The notes under the pieces are model-generated. The model saw nothing but the letters and a program-made list of their open reading frames with translations, had not been told where the DNA came from and ran no database searches. A DNA stretch of 37,626 nt, from positions 1 to 37,626 of the forward strand of contig CAZXCT010000004.1 of assembly GCA_964639395.1 (NCBI GenBank). Reading direction: 5' to 3'. Every line of letters begins with the position of its first letter. Within the stretch, counting starts at the first letter, position 1. Of the stretch, positions 19,282-26,776 are shown one piece after another. The translations under genes and the position numbers were made by a program. This stretch comes from an uncultured Bifidobacterium sp. GTDB taxonomy: Bacteria > Actinomycetota > Actinomycetes > S36-B12 > UBA5976.

Positions 19282-19798
19282 TTGACCGTTGCGCCGCAAC
19301 TGTATCGTGATAATAAATTGATATTACTTCACTTGAGGTTTTCAATTCAAAATGATCTTTGTAAAGTTTGTGAAAATTCCCTGAGGTAATATCACCATCA
19401 GAGGTATATATGTTCACCGCAGAATAGTGACACATCCAATCTCTAAAACTTGATAATTTTGTCCAATTCTTCTCAATTATATTTGGCTTTTGAATTGATC
19501 TTTCTAATTTTGTTAAAAGTCTTAAACTTAAAATATCAATCAACCAAAGTTGAGAATTGCATTCTAATAATAGGTGATCCCGATATACCTGGGTAAGCGT
19601 TCCATTAATTACGCCAAATGAGATTACTTTTAATCTTACTTCTGTATTAATTTTTGCACGTAACCGATCAACTAATTGAAGTTGGGCTAATTCACCTCGT
19701 GCTTGCGCTAATACAAGATCCTCTCTCTGGACTGCCAAAATACCGGAGGCTTGAACTTCAAGATTTCTCTCTAGCTGACTAAGAAAGCTGTTCTCCAT
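19274..19798 (-). CDS. hypothetical protein (174 aa): coiled-coil N-terminus plus two related ~45-aa modules
   Basis: It is the long ORF leading a translationally coupled operon. I recognise no family. Internal repeat: 'G.L.QVYRDHLLLE.NSQLWLI' versus 'G.F.KLYKDHFELK.SSEVISI'. Confidence 0.55.
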   Translation of the reverse strand: MENSFLSQLERNLEVQASGILAVQREDLVLAQARGELAQLQLVDRLRAKINTEVRLKVISFGVINGTLTQVYRDHLLLECNSQLWLIDILSLRLLTKLERSIQKPNIIEKNWTKLSSFRDWMCHYSAVNIYTSDGDITSGNFHKLYKDHFELKTSSEVISIYYHDTVAAQRSND

Positions 19799-19820
19799 TA
19801 CCCCATATTTATTCAGACTG

Positions 19821-19834
19821 ATTGATTAATCAAT
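19821..19834. promoter_or_regulatory. perfect 14-bp palindrome ATTGATTAATCAAT overlapping a -35-like TTGATT of the minus-strand operon
   Basis: Read directly. It lies 23 bp upstream of the ATG at 19798. On the minus strand TTGATT is followed after ~15-16 nt by ATAAAT/TAAATA. Confidence 0.4.
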
Positions 19835-19922
19835 GGAAATTAAAAAGAGTGGTCGTTTCGGTTAGTTTGTTTGACAATTTTTAAAATCTGTTAGACATTA
19901 CTCCCCCGACTTTAGGAGAACC

Positions 19923-20402
19923 GTGGAAGATTTTTATATAACACCACTCAAATCAGTAGGTACGGTCGTTGGCACTACCAAAGCACTGCCCGTAAGTGAA
20001 TCCCCTTACTTGCAAGCTCAATTTGACTTAGAGATGAGTCTTTATTTTGATGAGCCTGAAATTTCTACACAGGCAATTTCGTCCTTGCCGGACCCCAAGG
20101 CTTGGAGTGAGACGTTGGCTATCGGCATTGCCGAAGTTTTAGTTGGGGATAGACCCGCATTTCATTTAATTAGGTGGTTAGCGTTTGATGTTTATTGCAC
20201 TGTTGCAAGGCGAGCGGTGACCCCACCACCAGATGCAAATCGATCACGTCCACTATTGAGATGCGTTCAGGTATCAAAAATTTCTGATTCTGTTGTTAAC
20301 GTCAGTGCGGTAATTCAAAAAGGGGTACGAGGTCGAGCAATGTGTTTGAGACTTGTCGCTGAATCAGATCGGTGGCGCTGTACTGAATTAATGGTGGCTT
20401 AG
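19923..20402 (+). CDS. Rv3235-family protein
   Basis: 'LPDPKAWSETLAIGIAEVLVGDRPAFHLIRWL...VY..VARR' and the C-terminal 'RAMCLRLVAESDRWRCTELMV' match the conserved actinobacterial Rv3235 pattern. GTG start after AGGAGA. Confidence 0.7.
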   Translation: MEDFYITPLKSVGTVVGTTKALPVSESPYLQAQFDLEMSLYFDEPEISTQAISSLPDPKAWSETLAIGIAEVLVGDRPAFHLIRWLAFDVYCTVARRAVTPPPDANRSRPLLRCVQVSKISDSVVNVSAVIQKGVRGRAMCLRLVAESDRWRCTELMVA

Positions 20403-21008
20403 TTATTTTGAAAATGGTTTAAAATCTGGATCCATCACTGCGCGAATCATTGTTAACCACGCATTGGCAAGACCCTTTCGTTCACTCTCAGATAGTTCTG
20501 GTTTGACTAGGGCAATTCCAAGTGGGGCTGCTATAAAAAGTAAGGCTAGCGATTTAGTGTCTACCACTGGGTCAACAATTCCATCTTGCGTGTATTTGTA
20601 CATTAACTCTTTCCAAAGCCTTATTTGTGCTTCGTGCGATTCTTCAACAACTTCATTGAATTCATTAGAGTTAAATCTATTTGTTAAAGCTTTTGCGTGT
20701 GCAAAATGAATCGAATCACGCTCTTGTGAAAATATTTGATCTATCAGTTCTTTTACACCTTCCCAATTTTTACCTGGTGCAAAGTCATCAACTGCATTGA
20801 TATCTTCATCTACATATCGCATAAAAATATTTTGCCAGGCAGCATCAGTCAAAGTTTTTAGATCATTAAAATAAAAATGGACTAAGGCAGAACTAACATT
20901 TAATTCAATAGCAATATCTGCAATTTTGATTTCTTCATTTTTTAAAAGCTTTTCACTCACTAGCTCAATCATCAATGGAACATAATCTGCTTTTGCTGGA
21001 CGAGCCAA
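20403..21008 (-). CDS. TetR/AcrR-family transcriptional regulator
   Basis: N-terminal HTH 'IKIADIAIELNVSSALVHFYFNDLKTL', 201 aa, TTG start. Its stop codon directly abuts the stop of the convergent Rv3235-family gene. Confidence 0.85.
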   Translation of the reverse strand: MARPAKADYVPLMIELVSEKLLKNEEIKIADIAIELNVSSALVHFYFNDLKTLTDAAWQNIFMRYVDEDINAVDDFAPGKNWEGVKELIDQIFSQERDSIHFAHAKALTNRFNSNEFNEVVEESHEAQIRLWKELMYKYTQDGIVDPVVDTKSLALLFIAAPLGIALVKPELSESERKGLANAWLTMIRAVMDPDFKPFSK

Positions 21009-21093
21009 GTTAATTCCTAACTTTTACAATTTTCATGCGAAATCGTATCATCGTTTCTCTTAAGCTAGGTGAAAAAGTGCTACTTGAAAAATG

Positions 21094-23766
21094 CTAGCTA
21101 CTTAACCCATGGCATTTTTTGTATTTCTTACCCGAGCCACAAGGGCAAGGCTCATTTCGTCCAACTTCTTCTTTGCGGACCACAGGCGCGTTGCCTGCCA
21201 CAGAAGCTGCGCCGTCTTTTTTGGCAGCTGAGTACTGCAGGTCTTCATTTTTCTGTGCGCCTGGAGCATTAGGGTCATTTAAGTTAACTTGTGCATTAAA
21301 AACAAATCCAACTACCTGCTCTTTAATAGATTCCATCATGGCAACGAATAAGTCGTAGCCTTCGCGCTGATACTCAACGAGCGGATCGCGTTGCCCCATG
21401 GCACGTAATCCAATACCCTCTTGCAAATAATCCATTTCATACAGGTGCTCACGCCACTTGCGATCAAGGACAGCTAGCATCACTTGCCGCTCTAATTCAC
21501 GCATAACCTGTGTAGTTAGATTCTGTTCACGATTCTGATATGCCGAAAGCGCTTCCTCGGTTACCGCTTCAATAATTGAAGCTTGATCTAATGTTCCACC
21601 TAAATCACTTCTTATTTTTTCTACTGAAATTGATATCGGAAACAGGGTTTTGAAACCTTGCCAAAGTTTATTTAAATCCCACTCTTCTTCAAAGCCGTCA
21701 CCAGTTGTGGCATTGACATAATCTGTAATTGTGTCAGTTATAAATCCGCGAATTTCATTAGATAAGTCTTCACCTTCTAGGATCCGCTTACGCTCGGTAT
21801 AGATCACTTGACGTTGTAAATTAAGTACTTCATCGTATTTGAGAACATTTTTTCTTATTTCAAAGTTTTGTTGCTCTACTTGACTTTGTGCGTTTTTGAT
21901 GGCATTGGTTACCATTTTTGCTTCAATTGGTTGATCGTCTGGAACATTAAATCTTCTTAAAAATGCATCAACTAATTCAGCATTAAATCTACGCATCAGT
22001 TCATCTTGTAAAGATAAATAAAATCTCGTTGCGCCTGGGTCACCTTGACGCCCTGACCTACCACGTAACTGATTATCGATACGCCGAGATTCGTGGCGCT
22101 CGGTGCCAAGCACATAGAGCCCGCCAAATTGCACAACCTCATCATGCTCTTTTTGAACTTGCTTAGTGGCTTTATCTACTTCTTCTAAATATGCCTTGGA
22201 ATAAGCCTCTAAATCTGTTTCAGGATCTAAGCCACGCTTCGACAAATTATTTTGTGCAATGAATTCTGGGTTTCCGCCGAGCATGATGTCAGTACCTCGG
22301 CCAGCCATGTTCGTAGCAACTGTTACCGCATGCTTGTGTCCTGCTTGCGCAACAATGCTTGCTTCTCGCTCATGATTTTTAGCGTTCAGCACTTCGTGAA
22401 CAATTGAGCGTTTCGTAAGTAACTTACTCAGCGTCTCGGATTTTTCTACGCTTACTGTTCCGATCAAAATAGGTTGACCCTTTTTATGTCGCTCAGCAAT
22501 ATCATTGATTACCGCCTGATACTTAGCCTCTTCAGTTCTATAAATTAAATCCGTCAAGTCATTTCTAACCATGGGTTTATTGGTGGGGATTGGGATTACG
22601 CCTAATTTATAAATCTTGTCAAACTCGGCCGCTTCAGTCATAGCTGTACCAGTCATTCCCGAAAGTCGTCCGTACAACCTAAAATAATTTTGAAGGGTAA
22701 TAGAGGCGAGAGTTTGATTTTCTTGTTTTATCTCTACCCCTTCTTTGGCTTCTATTGCTTGATGCATTCCTTCGCTGTAACGCCGACCCTGCAAAATACG
22801 ACCGGTGTGTTCGTCAATAATCAAAACTTCGCCATTCATAAGGACGTAATCTCGATCTTTTCGATAAATCTCTTTTGCCTTAATTGCATTATTTAAGTAG
22901 CCAATCAAGGGAGTATTTGCAGATTCATACAAATTTTCAATTTTTAGCGCTGCTTCTACTTTTGCAATCCCTGGCTCTAGTACTCCGATAGTACGCTTTT
23001 TAATGTCAACTTCGTAATCTTCTTCAGCTCTTAACTGACTCACTAAACGTGAGAAAACTTTATACTGATCGGTGGTGCCATCGGCTGGTCCACTAATAAT
23101 TAATGGCGTTCTTGCCTCGTCTATCAAAATTGAGTCAACTTCATCAACAACTGCAAAGTTATGTCCGCGCTGAACTCTATTTTCAGGACTCCACGTCATG
23201 TTGTCTCTTAGATAATCAAATCCAAATTCATTATTTGTACCGTAGGTGATATCGCATAGATAGGCAGATTTTTTTTCTGCGCTTTCTTGATTAGCTCCGA
23301 TTGTGCCAACAGTTAAACCCAAGAATCGATGGATTCTACCCATCCACTCTGCATCTCGACTTGCTAAATAATCATTAACCGTTACAACGTGTACACCCTT
23401 TTTGCTTAGCGCATTTAAGTATGCTGGCAGTGTAGAAACAAGAGTTTTACCTTCACCAGTTTTCATCTCGGCAATGTTTCCAAGATGAAGGGCGGTGCCG
23501 CCCATTACCTGAACGTCGTAATGACGCTGGCCTAGCACGCGCTTAGAAGCTTCTCGTACGGTTGCAAAAGCTTCTGGAAGTAATTTGTCTAAGGATTCAC
23601 CTTTAGCGGCTCGTTCCATATAAGAAACAGTTAAAGATTTAAGCTCTTCATCAGTTAACTTTTCAATTCGTGGCTCTAATGCGTTAACTGCTTTAGCAGT
23701 AGCTACTAATTTTTTTAAAATTCGACCTTCACCGGCACGCAAAATTTTGTCAAAAAATGCTGGCAC
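21094..23766 (-). CDS. secA: preprotein translocase ATPase SecA
   Basis: 'MKTGEGKTL', '[19 protein letters not shown]', '[10 protein letters not shown]' and the C-terminal zinc motif '[14 protein letters not shown]'. Confidence 0.97.
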   Translation of the reverse strand: MPAFFDKILRAGEGRILKKLVATAKAVNALEPRIEKLTDEELKSLTVSYMERAAKGESLDKLLPEAFATVREASKRVLGQRHYDVQVMGGTALHLGNIAEMKTGEGKTLVSTLPAYLNALSKKGVHVVTVNDYLASRDAEWMGRIHRFLGLTVGTIGANQESAEKKSAYLCDITYGTNNEFGFDYLRDNMTWSPENRVQRGHNFAVVDEVDSILIDEARTPLIISGPADGTTDQYKVFSRLVSQLRAEEDYEVDIKKRTIGVLEPGIAKVEAALKIENLYESANTPLIGYLNNAIKAKEIYRKDRDYVLMNGEVLIIDEHTGRILQGRRYSEGMHQAIEAKEGVEIKQENQTLASITLQNYFRLYGRLSGMTGTAMTEAAEFDKIYKLGVIPIPTNKPMVRNDLTDLIYRTEEAKYQAVINDIAERHKKGQPILIGTVSVEKSETLSKLLTKRSIVHEVLNAKNHEREASIVAQAGHKHAVTVATNMAGRGTDIMLGGNPEFIAQNNLSKRGLDPETDLEAYSKAYLEEVDKATKQVQKEHDEVVQFGGLYVLGTERHESRRIDNQLRGRSGRQGDPGATRFYLSLQDELMRRFNAELVDAFLRRFNVPDDQPIEAKMVTNAIKNAQSQVEQQNFEIRKNVLKYDEVLNLQRQVIYTERKRILEGEDLSNEIRGFITDTITDYVNATTGDGFEEEWDLNKLWQGFKTLFPISISVEKIRSDLGGTLDQASIIEAVTEEALSAYQNREQNLTTQVMRELERQVMLAVLDRKWREHLYEMDYLQEGIGLRAMGQRDPLVEYQREGYDLFVAMMESIKEQVVGFVFNAQVNLNDPNAPGAQKNEDLQYSAAKKDGAASVAGNAPVVRKEEVGRNEPCPCGSGKKYKKCHGLSS

Positions 23767-23796
23767 TAACTTACTCCTTTAAGCCGCCGGTCGGCG

Positions 23797-24105
23797 CTAT
23801 CGATGATTTTGCTTACGCTCTGAAACTTTTCTCAATTGTAATTCTAACTTCTTTACCGCAGCATCCAAGGCGGCCGTCATCTGAGCAGCTTTAGCGGAGG
23901 CTCTAAGTGAGGTCCCGGCGCCTTTAGCGCTTAGATCAACTTTGAAACCTTGTTTAGTTTGACGCTTGTTCGACTCGTGGGTAACTTCAACATCCAAGAC
24001 AGCAATATTTATCCCAAATCGATCTACCTGTGCTACTTGGGCAATTGCCCGCGCCTTGAAGTCTGCCGTGATGTCTGCGTGCCTTCCGCGAATTGTAACT
24101 TCCAT
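23797..24105 (-). CDS. hpf: ribosome hibernation factor, short form (HPF/RaiA S30AE domain only, 102 aa)
   Basis: 'MEVTIRGRHADIT..FK......V...DRF.......DVEV.....KR...GFKV.L....G..LRA.A.A..M.AALD.AV.KLE.QLRK'. Only 30 bp separate its stop from secA. Confidence 0.85.
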   Translation of the reverse strand: MEVTIRGRHADITADFKARAIAQVAQVDRFGINIAVLDVEVTHESNKRQTKQGFKVDLSAKGAGTSLRASAKAAQMTAALDAAVKKLELQLRKVSERKQNHR

Positions 24106-24130
24106 AAGTCACCCTTCTAAAAAAATTAGT

Positions 24131-24377
24131 ATGGCACCAAATCGCTTGACCTGGTTTTCGTCCCCACATTCGCCTGCAGCAGATTTTGCAACTTGTTGTT
24201 ACTAATCTCTGTCGCTCAGATATCTTCTTGATCTGCAAGAAGGTCTAAGGCAGGACTTACCTCTAAACCGCACCGTGCTCGTTCAAGCGAACTTGACTTA
24301 CGTGGACCGTTTTGCCTGCGGCTAGCATCGGCTAACTGATTTGACTCAGCGCAACCACAAACTCGATTTAGTGCCAT
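24131..24377 (-). repeat. 14-nt inverted repeat pair (24131-24144 / 24364-24377) enclosing 219 nt of ORF-free spacer; candidate structured leader or small non-autonomous element
   Basis: ATGGCACCAAATCG against the reverse complement of CGATTTAGTGCCAT gives 13 Watson-Crick pairs. The single mismatch is G.U on the minus-strand transcript and C.A on the plus strand. Confidence 0.3.
24224..24242 (-). other. perfect 7-bp hairpin CTTCTTG-atctg-CAAGAAG inside the comF-hpf spacer
   Basis: Read directly. It can extend by A-U and G.U pairs. No clear U-tract follows on the minus strand. Confidence 0.3.
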
Positions 24378-24407
24378 CCCTCAAACCTACTGGCAATTTC
24401 ATCAGCC

Positions 24408-25037
24408 CTATGACTGCAGGGTTTTAGGGGTGTTAGCCACACAAATATTTGCTACAACTTCATACCCTGCCGCTCGCAAAGCATGATTTGCCGCAATCAG
24501 CGTGGCACCACTTGTCGTCACATCATCTAAAACTGCCACAGTTGCACTGCCCGGCTTTGCCTGAAAAATACCTGCCGTATTTCGGCGCCTTTGCAAAAGG
24601 TTCAGCCCAACTTGATCAACTTTTTCTCTGGTCATGGATAAAACTTGTGAATTGAAATTCAAACCCGCACTCGCCGCTGCTTGGGAGACCATATACTTTA
24701 CCGGATCATCTAAGCGTTGTCTTACTGCTTTTTTACTTGTTGGAATGCTAATAATTTGACAGTTTTTATCTAAATTCATAAGTTCAATCCCAATCGCTAA
24801 ACTGTGTGACAGGTACTTTCTTATCGCTACAAAATGATGATCTTTATGTCTTACAATTATTTCTCTAACTAAATCATGGTATCTACTCATGACTAAGGTA
24901 GGTGTATTTGCTAAGAGCAAAAGTTGTGGCTGAACAAGACTTTCGCAAAAACATGCATGGCAAAGATAATTTTCACCTTGGCCGCAAAATAGACAAGCGC
25001 GGGGTGAAATTAATCCACGAAATCCAGAAATCAACAT
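24408..25037 (-). CDS. ComF-family phosphoribosyltransferase-domain protein
   Basis: N-terminal Cys pairs ('CLFCGQ...CHAC') and the PRTase motif 'VAVLDDVTTSGATL'. Confidence 0.85.
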   Translation of the reverse strand: MLISGFRGLISPRACLFCGQGENYLCHACFCESLVQPQLLLLANTPTLVMSRYHDLVREIIVRHKDHHFVAIRKYLSHSLAIGIELMNLDKNCQIISIPTSKKAVRQRLDDPVKYMVSQAAASAGLNFNSQVLSMTREKVDQVGLNLLQRRRNTAGIFQAKPGSATVAVLDDVTTSGATLIAANHALRAAGYEVVANICVANTPKTLQS

Positions 25038-25096
25038 AAATCTATTAAGACAGTTGAAAGAATTATTATCAACTACGTTTATAAAATGTGGATAAA

Positions 25097-26776
25097 CTAA
25101 CCAGTATATTGTGGATTTTGAAAATTACCGATATTTATCCATTCGGTTTCACTAGCAGCTAGCAAAGTGCCATCTTCTAATTGTACCAACAGCGGATAAA
25201 TTGGCGAAGCAGAGATTGCCACAATGTCTTCAATAAAATCTATTACAAGTGATGTGCCGGTTAGCGTATCTACTGATGCGATTGTGGTCAGTTCTGCTGT
25301 GGTGTCCACCAAAACTAGAACACTGTTAGTTTGCCAACTTACTTGTGCCACGTTGTTCCAAACTCGCTCTGCACTACGAAATTTAGTCAAGCGAATACCG
25401 GTAGCATCTCGCTCAATGGTTGCTATTCTTAATTGATTGCCCGAACCAGTATTTAAAATTACCGCGGCTCTTACCCCATCGGGTGCTGGAATTACATCAA
25501 CTATTTCATCCTCATTTAGATTCTCTGCAATTATCACTGGTCTTACTTCGCCGCCATTTATTACTTGTACACCGTCAGGTGAGGTGATCCAAATTAAGCC
25601 ACTGCGATCAATGAACGGATCTCTAAATGAATTGCCAGTCAAAATTAATTCTGGTTGATTAGTGCTAGCTAGATTTCCGACATAAACTTTTGTGCCATCT
25701 GAACTTAATGCAGCGTAGATAGCCGAATTTCGATCAGTGATTCCAGCACGAAAATTACTTGGTTGATTGGCTAGGAATGCTACATATGGCGTAGTTAGAT
25801 TTGATCCTTCAAGTCGAAACATTCTGCCATTAAACGTAACTATTGCGTTCTGAGTTCTGCCGGCATCAGCCGTCAATTCTTGCCAATCAGAAGCAGTTTG
25901 CTGCAATGGCTTATCTTCGATAGGTAGCGCCTGAGTGCCCACGGTAATTCGAACAGCGTTTATTCCTGGTAGCGAAGTTAATGTTTTTGTAATCTGCGCA
26001 CTCATCAATTGGCGTTGCTGAGGTGAAGTATTCAACGCTGCAGCATTCAAGCTCACCGAAGCTACTGAATTCTCAACCGTTACCGCCGCTACCCCCAGTT
26101 CAGAGCCTTGCGGAAAGGCAGTTTTTACTGCAACTGCTAAATCCCGACTCGGCCCACGCAGCAAAGCTTGCATTAGTAACGTTGCTGTTCCGCTAACTGT
26201 TTGTGGAACTACTACTGGATCTGGCACTAGTACTTGTCCTGATAAATCTGGAAACCATAACGGATAGATTCGCCAGCTACGAGTTAAGTCTGCTTTTGAA
26301 ATTAATAAACCACGTGGTGCATTTAGTATTCTCCATTCACCATCAATCTGGCGCAAACGAAATTCTTGGTCGATAGATTCTGCTGGCTTAGCTAGTCGAT
26401 AACGATTTGAGTTATCTATTTCACCGTCTTTTAACGCTATAAATGAAATTGAATCTATTTCGGTTGAATTTAATCTACCTACTCCTTCGTAAACTTGCAC
26501 CGAAGAATCCGGTGTCCAGTTTTTGGCTGCCACCGGAGATAAAAAGGCTCGCGCAACTGCATAATCATTTTCACTTGATGCTGAAGCATCCAAAAAGCCT
26601 TGCACTATTTCTATTTGATTCATACCTGCTTGTGGACCTCTTGCAATAACCCGCACGATTGAATTGCCTGCCGATGTTTCTACTAAGTCCCCTTCAAATA
26701 TGCCGCTCTGACTTGGAACGCCAACACATCCAGTCAATGCCGCAGTCAAAAGAATTAAATTAATTACTTTCTTCAT
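25097..26776 (-). CDS. lpqB: lipoprotein LpqB
   Basis: Lipobox 'LTGC', a GerMN-like N-region and a beta-propeller-like C-region. It has a 4-bp overlap with mtrB, the conserved mtrA-mtrB-lpqB arrangement. Confidence 0.85.
   Translation of the reverse strand: MKKVINLILLTAALTGCVGVPSQSGIFEGDLVETSAGNSIVRVIARGPQAGMNQIEIVQGFLDASASSENDYAVARAFLSPVAAKNWTPDSSVQVYEGVGRLNSTEIDSISFIALKDGEIDNSNRYRLAKPAESIDQEFRLRQIDGEWRILNAPRGLLISKADLTRSWRIYPLWFPDLSGQVLVPDPVVVPQTVSGTATLLMQALLRGPSRDLAVAVKTAFPQGSELGVAAVTVENSVASVSLNAAALNTSPQQRQLMSAQITKTLTSLPGINAVRITVGTQALPIEDKPLQQTASDWQELTADAGRTQNAIVTFNGRMFRLEGSNLTTPYVAFLANQPSNFRAGITDRNSAIYAALSSDGTKVYVGNLASTNQPELILTGNSFRDPFIDRSGLIWITSPDGVQVINGGEVRPVIIAENLNEDEIVDVIPAPDGVRAAVILNTGSGNQLRIATIERDATGIRLTKFRSAERVWNNVAQVSWQTNSVLVLVDTTAELTTIASVDTLTGTSLVIDFIEDIVAISASPIYPLLVQLEDGTLLAASETEWINIGNFQNPQYTG

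Noticed and set aside
19799-19922. A 6C-type sRNA (two hairpins with C-rich loops) next to the CpaE/Ssd-like gene. I looked because 6C lies beside ssd in mycobacteria and corynebacteria.
   Set aside because: The spacer contains only two short C runs (CCCC at 19801-19804, CCCCC at 19903-19907), and neither sits in the loop of a convincing hairpin. No 6C-like twin-hairpin architecture is visible elsewhere in the window either.
21038-21057. A possible TetR autoregulatory operator upstream of the TetR-family gene (GAAATCG...CGTTTC).
   Set aside because: Comparing the 19-mer with its reverse complement base by base, only the outer GAAA/TTTC and two internal positions match. That is too weak to call.
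24131-24377. Calling the inverted-repeat-bounded 247-bp unit a MITE.
   Set aside because: The flanks (…TTAGT | … | CCCTC…) show no target-site duplication, and there is no second copy in this window. The single mismatch is compensated only at RNA level on the transcribed strand. I kept it as an alternative hypothesis in the finding but did not annotate it as a mobile element.
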